Assembly: GCF_006345805.1 (NCBI RefSeq)
Contig: NC_042999.1
Coordinates: 9,300,001-9,364,000 of the forward strand
Direction: 5' to 3'
Source of the DNA: Octopus sinensis
Lineage: Eukaryota
Length of the DNA stretch: 64,000 nt
Below are positions 13,918 to 27,080 of the stretch, piece after piece. A program made the position numbers and the translations under genes. The notes under the pieces were generated by a model, which had not been told where the DNA came from, made no database searches, and worked only from the letters and a program-made list of their open reading frames with translations. Numbering within the stretch: the first letter of the stretch is position 1; each line of letters begins with the position of its first letter.

Positions 13918-14190
13918 ATATATGCGACGGGCTTCTTTCAGTTTCCGTCTACCAAATCCACTCGCAAGGCTTTGGTCGGCCCGAGGCTATAATAGAAGAC
14001 ACTTGCCCAAGGACTGAACTCGGAAGCATGTGGCTGGTAAGCAAGCTACTAACCACACAGCCACTCTTGCACATATATACGATTAACGGAATGCTAATAC
14101 ACGACCTACGTTAGACTCCTCACTCACATAATCACCGAACCTGGATCTTAACTACGGTCTGTCCATAGCACTTACTCAGCATTACCTGAC
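13450..14190 (+). repeat. Local segmental duplication, copy 2 (copy 1 at 8730-9470)
   Basis: See copy 1. Confidence 0.9.
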
Positions 14191-14894
14191 AGTCAATTGT
14201 AGATCCATCCACCTTTAACCCCAAATTATTTCTTTTCTGACTTTCCATCATAGTTCCTCTCCAGTCGGAAGTACTAGGTGCTTGCTCATTGATGTCACAT
14301 ACCAGTGGCTCACCTAAAAGTTTTCAGAGAGAGCATTCTTGCTCCGCTTAATGTCCACATAAGCAGGCTTTTGCTCGAACAATCAAGGCCCCGTGATCAC
14401 AAGAGAAAAGGTTTTTCTCAATGACCTCCTCCGACACAAAGCATCAACTCTTTACACATCCGACCCTCAAATGATTATAATGCTCAGCTAAAAGAAGGTT
14501 CGATCTCTTAGCAGCTATGACTACGTAAAGGAGATTCTATAAATCTTCAGGTAGTGCTCTTAAAGCCAGGGGGTTGCTAGCAATTTTCATGTGAGTCAAT
14601 TCGCAGTTGGTTCTATTAAGCTCCAGATGATTCTATTCACCCCAGGTGTGTGCTGTTAATTTCCAGTTGGCAATATTAACTCTCCAAGTGGTTGGTTGGC
14701 AATCAAAAATCTCGCATTGATCAGTGAGAATCTGCATTTAGATTTACTGACATATCAAGTATCAGTTACCCGGGCTTTCGAAAATTTCTTTGTACCCTCG
14801 CCTAATACGAAACAACAAAACTTCTTGTTTAACATCGAAAAAATGTTTTGTCATCCATAGCCATTTATCCAAGGTACCTTTGCTATGGATGGAA

Positions 14895-15410
14895 GGTGCG
14901 TGGCTTAGTAGTTACGGTATTCGGCTCACGATCTTGCGATCATGAGTTCGATTCCTAGTGACGCGTTGTGTCCTTGAGAAAGGCACTTTATTTCACGTTG
15001 CTCCAGTCCACTCAGCTGGCAAAAATGAATCTCCCCGAGAACTACGTTAAGGGTACACGTGTCTGTGGAGTGCTCAGCCACTTATACGTCAATTTCATGA
15101 GCAAGCTATTTCGTTGATAGAGTGGTGGCACATGGCCTAGTGGTTAGAGCAGCGGACACGCGAACAAAGAATCGCAAGTTCGAATCTCAGACCGAGCGAT
15201 GTGTGCGTTTATGAGCGAAACACCTAAGCTCCATGTGGCTCTGGGAGAAGGTAATGGCGAACTTCTACTGACTCTTTCGCCACAACTTTCTCTCACTCTT
15301 TCTTCCTACATCTTGTAGCTCACCTGTGATGGACCGGCGTCCTGTCCGGGTGTGGAACCTATACGCTAATGAAACCGGGAAACCGGCTCTTATGAGCCAT
15401 GCATGCCTCA
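14895..15410 (+). mobile_element. Two adjacent tRNA-derived SINE copies (family A-related)
   Basis: Heads gtggcttagtagttacggtattcggc (about 14900) and ggtggcacatggcctagtggttagagc (about 15123). Confidence 0.75.
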
Positions 15411-15439
15411 AGAAGGAACAACAACCTTTGCTATGAACC

Positions 15440-15960
15440 ACTAAGAGTATATCAGCTGATATTCTTTCTAATTATCTTTGTGTTGGGTGTCATCTGCTCT
15501 CAGCAGATTGAACACCAAGACTCTCCATCCGAATCTTTTCTCTGCCATTTTTATACATTCACGATGTGATAATTTAGTTCAGTCCCCGATGTTATCAAAC
15601 CAGTTTGTTCTAGATCTTCCTCTCGAATCTTTGCCATTTATCTTCCCCTCTATTAATAGTGTCTTTATCTCTTCTCCTTTTGTCGTGTAACCAAAGTGAT
15701 TCAGATTCCTTTATTTAATAGACGGAACTCATTTCTGTATTTTGAATTTTCTAATTGCAACATTCTTCATTAGTTTTATGTTTTGTCCAAGGTATTCTTA
15801 ATATTCTTCTCTATGTTTGCACTTCAAAAGCTTCCACTTCAGTAAAATACGCTTTTCGTAAATATCCAGGGTCCTACAACATACAATTGTGTGAACCTTA
15901 AACATCAGCTTTTGCTTGTTTCTGTATTGAAATTCCCCTTTCATATATCGCCTTTTATCA
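15440..15960 (-). mobile_element. RTE-clade LINE 3' remnant (pseudogenised)
   Basis: Minus-strand frame IKTLLIEGKINGKDSRGRSRTNWFDNIGD*T matches the RTE EGKxxGKRxRGRxRxxWxD motif. Stops and frameshifts are present. Confidence 0.7.
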
Positions 15961-16383
15961 CATCGGACTTAAAACGTTAAACAGTTATAATTTATATAAT
16001 TAAACATAAACGAAATGAGATATCACTATATTGGATCCCTTGTATGCTAAAATAAATAAAATTCACGGTCCTCGGACATCTTTGTGTATACTGACCACTA
16101 GTTGAAATTGAGATTATTTAATATCAATAAATAATATTAATTTCTACTCTTATAATTTATATATTCTTATCAACCGGTTCATATGTGTTTTGGCGATTAA
16201 TTCTTGTGAATTCTTACGCTCAAACTTTTACGCAACTATAGATCATAAACAACTATATTCATCCAAAATGATGCAACGGAGTTCGATCCGGGAGCCATTT
16301 GAACTCACCCTAAAGGTACGGAACTAAATACTGTAATACGCTTTGACTACTGCTCCACTGACCATTCCACTCCCTTCTAAATC

Positions 16384-16588
16384 TTTTCTATTCTAGGCAC
16401 AAGGCCCGAAATTTTGGGGGTGGAGGCAAGTCGATCAGATCGACCCCAGTACCCAAATGATACTTTATCGACCCAGAAAGAATGAAAAGCAAAGTCAACC
16501 TCGGCGGAATTTGAACTCGGAACGTCAAGGCAGACGAAATACGGGTACGCATTTCGCCCGGCGTGCTAACATTTCTGCCAGCTCGCCG
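16384..16588 (-). mobile_element. SINE family B copy
   Basis: Family B core. Confidence 0.85.
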
Positions 16589-16771
16589 TCTTCTCCGATC
16601 CAAATAATAAGGATATAAAATATTTATATGTTAATTTAGTTAGTAATAAATACATTATTTCGTTGCCATAGTAATGATAATTACGGTGTGGGGTGGAACT
16701 GGTGATAACATTGCTTGGTAATGACAGAGTAATGTATTTATGCAATCGTTATGTAACCGTCAACAGTAATT

Positions 16772-16813
<42 letters not shown>

Positions 16814-17584
16814 ATAGATGATTTATTTTGTGCGTGTCTCTGTCGATGAACAGTCTAATTGCATACATTGGATGCAATAAAGCAGAGTAACATTAATAGA
16901 CACATACGGCATATCATACACATACACGTACAGCATTTTAATCAAGAACATACCCAAACCCTTACAGCACACTAACATAAACAGGAACATAGCCACGCCA
17001 TGTTATAATACACATGCGTACACACACACACACCGTAATGTCATAGACATACGCATGCGCAGAGCACACAAATACATTGAAAACCTCACCAGACTAATTC
17101 CGCAGCAAATCGTGGAGGTTTTTTAATTTCTATTTCTACATCCAAGGCTGCCACTGTAATTGCATACATATATATACACATATATACACACACACATGGC
17201 TACCACTGTGATTGCATGAATGCTTCTTGCTGTCAGCCTCACAACCTGCTCTACACACACAATTTCTCTCTTCCATTTCATTTCAAACTCTCGTATACAT
17301 ATGTGTGTGAATGTGTGTATGTAGTTATGTACGAATGTAATTATGTGTGTCCGTGTTTGTATGTATGCATGTATGAGTGTATGTTTGCGTGTGTGTATGC
17401 ATGTACGAATGTAATTGTCTGTGTGTGTGCATATGAACACAAACTCAAACTGAAGGATTATTCAATACTTTTTAGAAGAGGACATGTTTCTTAAACTTTT
17501 ACAAAGGTCGACAGTGACTTCGAAGTATCAGCTTGCTCAATTTCGTTTTACTGTTTGGGTATAGGCACACACACACATTTATAT

Positions 17585-17943
17585 TCTTTTATCTGTTTCA
17601 GTCATTTGACTGTGGCCATGTTGGAACACAGCCTTTAGTCGAACAAATCGACCCCAGGACTTATTCTTTGTAAGCCAAGTACTTATTCTATAGGTCTCTT
17701 CTGCCAAACCGCTAAGTTACGGGTACGTAAACACACCAACATCGGTTGTCCAGCGACGGTAGGGGGACAAACACACACAAACATATACACATATATACGA
17801 CTTCAGTTTCCGTCTGCCAAATCCATTCACAAGGCTTCGGTCGGCCCGAGGCTAAAGTAAAAGATACTTTCCCAAGGTGCCACTGTGTGGGACCGAACCC
17901 GGAACCATGTGGCTGGTAACCAAACTACTTATCACACAGCCAC
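17585..17943 (-). mobile_element. SINE family C copy
   Basis: Family C head and tail. Confidence 0.85.
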
Positions 17944-18139
17944 AATCTTTAAATTAATGCAGATATAAAGCTGGTTCTTCAGGTTAAAAGAAATCTATGT
18001 TAATAATGATAATAATAATACCTCAATATAACGTTTCAAAAACGTAGTCTGCTTTCTAACGAAGATACAAGAATCCAGCGTTCAAGTATAAATAAAAAAC
18101 AGTCACCAAATCCCGAAAGGGACCAGTTTGCTGAGAAGT

Positions 18140-18810
18140 TAATAGATGGGTACTTGGCATGAAAAACCACAAGCCATAGAAGGGAGTGATGATGTCCAAA
18201 GCTTTGCATGGAGTACTGACAAGTTTATGACATCCAGCATTGAGGTTACATCCATGCAATCCAAAAACAGGAGACCACCACCAGGTACCTTGCAGCATAA
18301 AAGGCAGAAAACGTGGACAATCAGCAAATGTAGAGCTTTACAAGATCAAGACTGAAGACATCAGCAACAATATTGTCTACTCTGAGAAAATGTCTTCCAG
18401 ATATTCGCATGAGGCGTGATGCGATGGCCACAACAGTTTGGAATAGGATAACGAAAAAGAAAATACCAACATATGAAGTTGACCATATTGAGACCGATGG
18501 GCCCAAAAAAATATTGGTGGAACTTAAAAATTAAAACAGCCACGAAATTAAAATACAACCGACCAGATATTGTTGCGTGGGACCCAAAGAAAAGAGGTTT
18601 TGTTGGGGAAATCAGCTGCCCTCTGGAAACGAATATGGTTCGAGAAGTACAAGAAGACATCTGTGGACCACTGATAAGAAGTTTGCAAATCCAAAGGCCA
18701 AGATACACTTACAGCTTCATTCCTATCACTGTTGGAACAAAAGGATACCACCAGACCGTCTGGAGCAAAGTATGGCTCATCTTGGGTTCTTGGGAAGAGA
18801 ACTAAAATCC
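18140..18810 (+). mobile_element. Non-LTR retrotransposon 3' part with restriction-like endonuclease (R4/Dong/NeSL-type), degenerate
   Basis: Decayed CCHC region (SKCR..KIKTEDIS..SSRY) is followed by KYNRPDIVAWDPKKRGFVGEISCP..IPITVGTKG, i.e. the RLE PD..D/E-type motif. The frame is broken. Confidence 0.7.
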
Positions 18811-18844
18811 TTAATTTATACACGATGATGAACAAAACCAGATG

Positions 18845-19160
18845 TCTTATTTATATTGAAAACTGATCTTGTGATTCGAATTATGCACCTGATGACGGCA
18901 GAAGTGTGAAACTCGAACCGCAAAGCCAATATTCAGTTTAAATAAACTCCCTCTCTCTTTCTTTCTTTCTTTCTCTCTCACCCTTCTCTCTCTCTCTCTT
19001 TCTTTCTCTCTCTCAATGTATTTGCATGTATACATACATATACAGAAGGAGAGAGAAAAAGAGAGAGAGTTTAATTAAACTGTATATTTACTTTGCGATT
19101 CGCGTTTCACACCTCTGCCCTCATCAGGTGCGCAAGATCAACTTTCAATATAAATAAACT
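18845..19160. repeat. Inverted pair of hammerhead-core-containing repeats around a (CT)n/(GA)n spacer
   Basis: 18845-18960 and 19050-19160 are reverse complements. CTGATGA lies at 18889-18895 (+) and 19127-19121 (-), each followed by GAAAC. Confidence 0.65.
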
Positions 19161-19664
19161 CTATACTCCTCAACATGTAAAGCGTCCTCCACTTCTCATT
19201 CGTTCGACATACATCATAGTTTGAATACATCAGGAAATACGCATGGAATTTTTTAGCTTTTTTTTCTTTTTGTGTAATTTGATTTATGTATGATGGCGTC
19301 ATCACGAGCATTTGATAATAACTTCGTTGTTAAAAAAGGGTTATTGTCATGATACATAATCTTGGAAGTTAGTAAACGAATGGCGTGCATTACTTGTATG
19401 TCACATGGAATGTAGATGCCGAAGCTCTGCAATAATTCGATAGCTAAATCTTTATGGTTTGTGGAAGAACGAATTTACATTCGCACGTTCGTCAATTGGA
19501 CGCCATAGTATCATGCAAGTATCAAATAACAAAATCCACGCTATTTTCTTATCTTCGTCCTCGTAGACAAGAGGTCGATGTTTGCTTCATTATCCCTCAT
19601 GTTGATGTCATCTAAATCACGTACACCAAACTCAATGCATTGTGTCGCAAGTATTAGACAACTG

Positions 19665-20390
19665 CACACGCATATACATACACACACACACACACACACA
19701 CACGCAAAGACACATACACATACAAACAAGCTCGCGCTTACGCGCGCACACGCACGCATATACACCCACCCACACACACGCGCACGCACGCATATACACA
19801 CCCACCCACCCACACACGCGCACGCACGCATATACACAAACACCTACACCCACCCACACGCGCACGCACGCATATACACACTCAAACACAAACACGCGAA
19901 CGCACGCATATACACACCCACACACACACACGCGCACGCACGCATATACACGCACACCCACACTAACACGCGCACGCATATACCCACCCACACACGCGCG
20001 CATGCTTATACACGCACATCCACACACACGCACATGCACATACCCACCTACACACACACGCGCGCGCGCACGCATGCATATACACGCACACCCACACACA
20101 CACGCGCACGCATGCATATACACGCACACCCACACATACACACGCACACGCATGCATATACACGCACACCCACACACACACGCGCACGCATGCATATACA
20201 CGCACACCCACACATACACACGCGCACGCATGCATATACACACGCACACCCACACACACACGCACACGCATGCATATACACGCACACCCACACACACACG
20301 CGCACGCATGCATATACCCACCCACACGCACGCGCGCGCGCGTACGCTTATACACACCACGCACGCATACATATATATACACGTATATAA
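19665..20390. repeat. Complex (CA)/(CGCA)/(TA) low-complexity tract
   Basis: Read directly; source of the 246-325 aa spurious ORFs. Confidence 0.9.
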
Positions 20391-20869
20391 ATATATCCAT
20401 GTATACTACCGTGCAAATTTTCCTTACCATAAATTCGTTGGTGAGTGGCGATGTCTTTTGATTTACCGATATTCATTTCCTTCCTGCGCCCTCACTTCCT
20501 CCATCACCCCCTCTCTCTCTCTCTCTTTCTCTCCCTTTTCTATCCCCCCTCTTTCTCCGTGCACTCACACAAATACATTAACACATGTAATGCATGCATA
20601 CGTATATACATATACATAATTATACATATAAACATATACATAATATAATGTAGTTGATAGGTGGTTAGACAGACAGATGTAAAATCAAACGTATTTAACA
20701 CATAATGCAAACATTATCTGCAATAGAACTCCTTCCGCTCAGCGGAATGCGTATATTTGTGTGGGTAAGTGTGCATTCAGTCATATATATATATATCCCC
20801 TCTTCTCCCCCTCCCCCTCTTCTCCTCTCTCCACACTACACCACACGACTTTACACATCACATCATATA

Positions 20870-21510
20870 TGATGTGCCATACTAATACATACACCAACTA
20901 ATACATACTAATACGTACTAATACATACACCAACTAATACATACTAATACGTACTAATACATACACCAACCCTATACATACACACGTCCAGACCTCTCAT
21001 ACGCACTTATACTCTCTCATACACACACACACACACACACTTATACATACTAATACGTACTAATACATACTAATACATACACCAACCCCATACATACGCA
21101 CGTCCAGACTTATCATACGCACTAATACTCTCTCATACACACACACACACACACCCTTATACATACTAATACATACTAATACATACACCAACCCTATACA
21201 TACACACGTCCAGACCTCTCCTACGCACTAATAGCTGGTCATTCAACCCTATTATCAACCCTATTATCTCCCCTTATTTCGCTCTCGCGTCTCATGTTTG
21301 ATCTTTGACCTCTGGCCGAAATCAGATCGCCATGTTGATTCGTTAGTTACTGCACGCATTTTTTTTTCTCTCCTTCTGTTGAAGAGCGTAGGCTCGAAAC
21401 GTTAAAGACTTGTTTTATTTATATTTCCTGAGCGCCATACTAATACAATTGTTTGTTTGTTTCCCACCTGCCTTCGTCTTTTGTCTATTTTCATAAAGCT
21501 TCCCGTTATA
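20870..21510 (+). mobile_element. Penelope-like (Neptune-type) 3' terminal region with minisatellite and mutated minimal hammerhead
   Basis: Shares atcgccatgtt(t)gat and gaagagc(g/t)taggctcgaaacgt with the 3' region of the GIY-YIG-bearing copy at 31880-32000. Ends in (TA)n. Confidence 0.65.
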
Positions 21511-21849
21511 TATATATATATATATATCGCTATATGCCTCAAGCATATTTTAACTGATAACTAGTTCGTATTTATAGACATTTCGGCTAAGCACCGCTAA
21601 CCCGCATTTTATCTTCAGCAAACCGCTGAATGGTGCAACCCGTCATCGAACGGTAACGGGGATATCATAAGAGGAGACTATCTCTAATGTCAGTTCGCAA
21701 CGCCCTTCTTTCCGGTCTCTGTTGCTCCGAAATGCATGCGTCTACTATTCTGGTAAGAGGCCACTGTGTGCTGCTGCCTCGGTGTATTTACACTTATTCA
21801 TCTACAAGAAATTTTCTCCATGACGAAACACAGTAACTGATTCAGTTCT

Positions 21850-22180
21850 ATATTTAAGAGATGAGGAATTATGCACATTATTTACATTTGCCGGATATTT
21901 CTCCTCATCTTGTTTGTTGTTAACACAACTTTTCGGCTGATATACCCTCCAGCTTTCTTCAGGTAACTTGGGAAAATTTCAAACCTGGGTTCTCATTCCT
22001 AAGGTATTTTTAGATGTTATTATTATTTTTGTTAGTGTTATTGTTCAGGTCACTACTTGGAATGAACTCGGAATCTTGGGGTTAGTAGCCCGCACTCTTA
22101 ACCACTACACCATATGCCCGAAACGTTGTGTTAACAACAAACAAGATCGTCGAATGTAAATAATGTACATAATAGTGACT
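21850..22180 (-). mobile_element. Hammerhead-bearing repeat (CTGAAGA..CAGCC GAAA) with an inverted partial terminal copy
   Basis: Minus strand 21962-21931 reads CTGAAGA AAGCTG GAGGGTATAT CAGCC GAAA. 22118-22175 is an inverted copy of about 21872-21936. Confidence 0.55.
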
Positions 22181-23279
22181 GATTTCCTAACGGGTTTGAA
22201 TACGCCCCAAACTCATTTGAACTGGTAACAATTTTGTATTGATACACCTCACTGCTTACCCCTCTGTCTCTGTACCTTAAGTAGATGGTTGCATACATTC
22301 ATTTATTTGTACACTCTACACTAACCTTTTGTCTGAAGAACGAAATTCGACTAAAGAAAATAAAGTAATTTGTCTTGTGGTGCTATGCTTCATCCTTTTA
22401 TCTGGTATGTTTAAGTCTCACCGATTCCCTATTTTCCTTTGACCCCTTCGAGAATAGCATTACTTCCCCATCCACCGTGCCTCCACCCCAAAATATATCA
22501 AGTGTTTCAATCAGGTATAGCAATTCTTTATCGCGTTTTCATATCAAATTCCATTTTGAATTCAATATGATTTGTTTTCTGTTTTAGGTTTTGATTAAAT
22601 AAACGTTCAAGCATTGAATTTATCCGTTATAGTGCAAACTTGAAAATTTATCTATAAAATTTTTTATCGATATCTTTAGTCGAACCTCCAGTTTACGGAG
22701 TGTAAACAAACAAACACCGGTTGCCAAGCGTTCAGTAATAGAACCCCATAGAATCGGTCAAACTTAAGAAATCAAGCACTGAAGCCGCTTTGCTTAAATC
22801 CTTCAATATGGTGCTGCAGCATGGCCACAGCCCTATAAGTAGCTAAAGTTATGGAAACATTACACAGAAAATCTAACCTCTTCACCACATTTAGTGACAT
22901 CATTTTACATCTTCATCTCAAATCAAACCAGGTTTTGCCTCTCCGTGAATAAAATCAATAGAAGCGTTGGCAGCAAAATGGCTCTTCCATGAAATTAGAC
23001 TTTGAAGTCCTCGTCCGAAAATGCCAACAAAATCATTAAAAAAATCATTTACTGTTGCACAAAAGCTAGAATAATTGTTCAACATCTCCTCACGGCAATT
23101 TTCTGGTAGATACGGCAGACCTGGAACATAAATCTCACTCTTCGTTGTTAAGGTTATTTCCACGGATATTCTATAGAGATTATAACCAGCACTGGTTTTT
23201 GCTACAACGCTTCGTATCGAGACCTCAGATGGAAACAGACAATGGGATCGAAGACGAAAATGGATAATGAGTGCATATG

Positions 23280-23690
23280 CGTAGGAGTGGCTGTGTGGTA
23301 AGTAGCTTGCTTCCCAACCATATGGTTCCGGGTTCAGTCCCACTACATGGCACCTTGGGCAAGTGTCTTCTACTATAGCCTCGGGCCGACCAAAGCCTTG
23401 TGAGTGGATTTGGTAGACGGAAACTGAAAGAAGCCCGTCGTATATATGTATATGCATGTGTGTGTGTGTGTGTGTATGTTTGTATGTCTGTGTTTGTTTC
23501 CCCAACATCGCTTGACAACCGATGGTGGTGTGTTTACGTCCCCGTAACCTAGCAGTTCGGCAAAAGAGACCGATAGAATAAGTACTAGGCTTACAAAGAA
23601 TAAGTCTTGGGGTCGATTTGCTCGACTAAAGGCGGTGCTCCAGCATGGCCACAGTCAAATGACTGAAACAAGTAAAAGGGTAAAGAGAGT
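23280..23690 (+). mobile_element. SINE family C, near full length
   Basis: Head ggagtggctgtgtggtaagtagcttgc through tail gactgaaacaagtaaaag. Confidence 0.9.
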
Positions 23691-24144
23691 ATGTCATATT
23701 TCGGGGGTTGTTTCCCCTCAATCGGCACCCGTCTGACCCATTCTTCTTTCCTCCGGACTCATTGCTTCTATAACCATCCCATACAGCGGTGTTCAGTTAT
23801 TGCAAATACCAATTAACATATTAAACGCATTCCTGGAGCTGGTATCTACCTACAAATCATTAATAAATTTCACTCTTCGTTGCCAATCCAAACAGAAAAA
23901 TTATCGATTCTTGAGTTTTCTCCTTGATTTAGACACAGGAGTACAATATCTAAGGAAACGGAATAATACGTCCATTTTGTACTCTTTCGTTCCTCCCCTC
24001 CTACAACACGGTGTTTTTGGAGTACGGGAAATAAAGTTTCTCAAGCTGAAAAGGTAAAAACTTGTAGACATAATTTATTACGGGTTTCTTCGTTTATCTC
24101 TGATCCTCACCGTCAAAGGACTCTTTAGACTACAGTTTTCTATT

Positions 24145-24331
24145 TTACTCTTTTACTTGTTTCAGTCATTTGACTGTGGCCATGCTGGAGCACCGCCTTT
24201 TTTAGTCGAGCAAATCGAGCCCAAGACGTATTCTTTGTAAGCCTAGTACTTATTCTATCGGCCTCTTTTGCCGAACCGCTAAGTTACGGGGACGTAAACA
24301 CACCACCATCAGTTGTCAAGCGATGTTGGGG

Positions 24332-24377
<46 letters not shown>

Positions 24378-24526
24378 ATATATATATATGTGTGTGTGTA
24401 TATATATATGTGTGTGTGTGTATATATATATATATGTGTGTGTGTATATATATATATATATATGTGTGTGTGTATATATATATATGTGTGTGTGTGTATA
24501 TATATATATATGTGTGTGTGTGTATG

Positions 24527-24575
<49 letters not shown>

Positions 24576-24735
24576 GACGGGCTTCTTTCAGTTTCCGTCT
24601 GCCAAATCCACTCACAAGGCTTTGGTCGGCCCGAGGCTATAGTAGACGACACTTGCCCAAGGTGCCACACTGTGGGACTGAACCCGGAATCATGTGGTTC
24701 GTAAGCAAGCTACTTACCACACAGCCACTCCTGCG
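24145..24735 (-). mobile_element. SINE family C with its internal (TA)/(TG) microsatellite expanded to about 240 bp
   Basis: Family C head and tail with the expanded tract at 24335-24575. Confidence 0.9.
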
Positions 24736-24812
24736 CCTGTCTTCTTAATCCACTGTACGGCCTAGATTTCATTGGGAATAGACTATATTTTATGCCCTCA
24801 ATCATTTTATTT

Positions 24813-25085
24813 TGCTGTGTCTTGTGAGGTATCATTATGCCAATAACAACACACGCACTGGTTCAATATCACTTCTTTATTGCTAGTCAATCGGTTAAAT
24901 ATCTAACCAACTAACTAATCGATCGTTTGTTTAATTTCTTGGTTAAACAATCAATTGGCTGTTTCTTAGTCGAAGTCCGTCACTATTCGCGACCTTTTCA
25001 GTGACTTAATGACTTCCCCTCTCGCTCGAAGGTTAGCTCTGCTGTACGTGTGTTATTGACGTAATGACCCTCTCAAGACACAACA
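24813..25085. mobile_element. Short element with ~25-bp imperfect terminal inverted repeats (MITE or solo LTR)
   Basis: Starts TGCTGTGTCTTGTGAGG and ends CCCTCTCAAGACACAACA (TG...CA). No clear TSD. Confidence 0.45.
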
Positions 25086-26289
25086 AAATTTTTTTCAACA
25101 CACGAATTCACATCAAGAATCTTGAAAACCAAATACAAAAACCAAATGCTATTTCTATTATGCTGTCTGGGGTGAGTCATATTGTCTGAAATGCTTTATT
25201 ATCTAACACACCCACCGTTCGATTTCTATTCATATTATTTATATTTTTGTTCCAAAACGTTCGTTGTTTTTGCACCCTGATCAATGGATGTTGACTCTGT
25301 CCGTTAGTGGAGCTGCTTTTTATTAATATGTCAATAACATCAGTAGCTAATTCCTTACTGCTATTCAAATTGCTCATCTCAGTGTAACGATATCCGAAAT
25401 AAATTTTGGTTGCTTACTTCACTACTCAAGTCACACTTTACAATGTACTGAACTACCCGTGACCCGTTGGGTCACTGACGGTCCAGGTTATAAAACATTA
25501 AAACTGATTTCAATATTGCATTGAAATGAATGTTAATTTTGCGATGATTCAGTGAAATATCTCGATTCATTCGTCCCATAATAGGTCTCGTTTACAAGTT
25601 AATGTTTATGGTTTTATTGATTATTTACAACATCTAATAGAAATAGAACGTCCGGGATGAACTTGAACTCTAGTAACAACATTTATTTATGGCATGTTTG
25701 CACACTTCTACAAAAATGCAAAAGGAATTGATATATAACATAAACATAAAATTAATGGAAACAATTTTCATAGTATTATTTATTCCCATTTCAGGGTTCT
25801 GTTACTTTCGGAATATTTTCTCATGCGCTGTTTTGGCTATTTACGAAGGTACCCACTAGTGGATATGTAACAATCACCAAATGGTATTTGAGACCAGTTG
25901 CGTATGGGGAAGAGGAGATTAATCTCAAAATTCAAGAATTCCCCAAAGTTCACATGGCATTAACGGGAAGGAACGCTTTATTGCCTGAGGATAAGAGCTC
26001 AGACGCGGACACTTGTTTCTCCCTTAATGGTCGTCTTCATCACGACAATTATCCAACTTTAGTTCTAATAGCCAAGAGACTCACACACATCCAAAAAGAC
26101 CAGGATATATCTACGGCCCAGCTAATTTCAATGATGCCTACTTTCCTCTAGGAAATGTCTGGATGGTCATAGTGACATGAAACTATTGACATTGCGGATG
26201 GACAGCCAGGGATCGATTAAATCAAATGCCCGTATCTCAATCTGTTAATGTGCAGATAGTTGTAGGTTGACTCTATCTGGTGATTAGGC

Positions 26290-27080
26290 CGCATAAAGCG
26301 ACTCGAGAAGCCTTTTTGTGTAACATTCTCATTACCTGGCATCTTGTTTACACCTCCGGCTGAATTCTTCCTGATTGCAAGAACTCAGGCCACGTCTTCA
26401 GCTTGACAATGACTTCCTCCTCCCGCCCTTCACATTTTCCTCCCTTCCACCAGTCTTGAAGGCATTCGAAAGAAAAGGCCATAGACACTCTCTTCCTCAT
26501 TAGTCTAATATGCCAAATTCTTCCTCATTCCTTATTTTGTCTCTCAAACGTCTTCCTTTGTCATCTCTTTTACGATGTGTCCTTAACTTCCTTTGCTCAA
26601 TCTCAGACCGTTCCTTGTTTGGTTTAAAATTCTTGGTTCATTTTATTCAATGGAACATCGACAAATAATGATAAACGAGAGAAATGCACCATTCCCATTT
26701 CTTTCTTCGCAATATTAATATTAAATTAGTTTTTATATGAATATTAAATTACTTTCAGAAACATTAAATTAGTCAAATTAGATGATTTTTTAATTACTTA
26801 CACACTTGTACTTTCTGAATTTGTATTCGATATCAAATATATATTCCGAATTAAATACAGTGCGACTAACTTATACAGTAACACCTCACTTTACGAAGAC
26901 GCGCATTACGAAACACCGGTTTTATGAGTTTTATTTTTCAAGCACAAGATCCAAATTTTGAGCAAAGTGCAAAAGCTCCCACTATCATAAGAAATGCTTC
27001 TACGTATTACCGAGGAATTTATAGATCGAAAAGCTTCTTCTAAGCAAACAATTCTAGACGTATTTTTTAAAGAGAAATCT
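26290..27080. mobile_element. pogo/Tigger-like DNA transposon remnants
   Basis: TA-CAGTAACACCTCACTTTACG TIR-like motif near 26876. RKASSKQTILDVFF resembles a Tigger C-terminus, and minus-strand KGFSSRFMR resembles the CENP-B HTH. Confidence 0.4.

Noticed and set aside
19578-20619. Long ORFs of 246-325 aa on both strands
   Set aside because: H/T/A/R/Y- or V/C-rich translations of a CA/CGCA microsatellite, which lacks stops by composition.
22918-23508. 196-aa minus-strand ORF
   Set aside because: The first half is a SINE C copy. The remainder has no motif I recognise and no convincing splice sites, and may be antisense to a decayed transposase.
25780-26160. 87-aa ORF with NYPTLVLIAKRL, reminiscent of a hAT dimerisation domain
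   Set aside because: The similarity is too short and weak to call without an HMM search.
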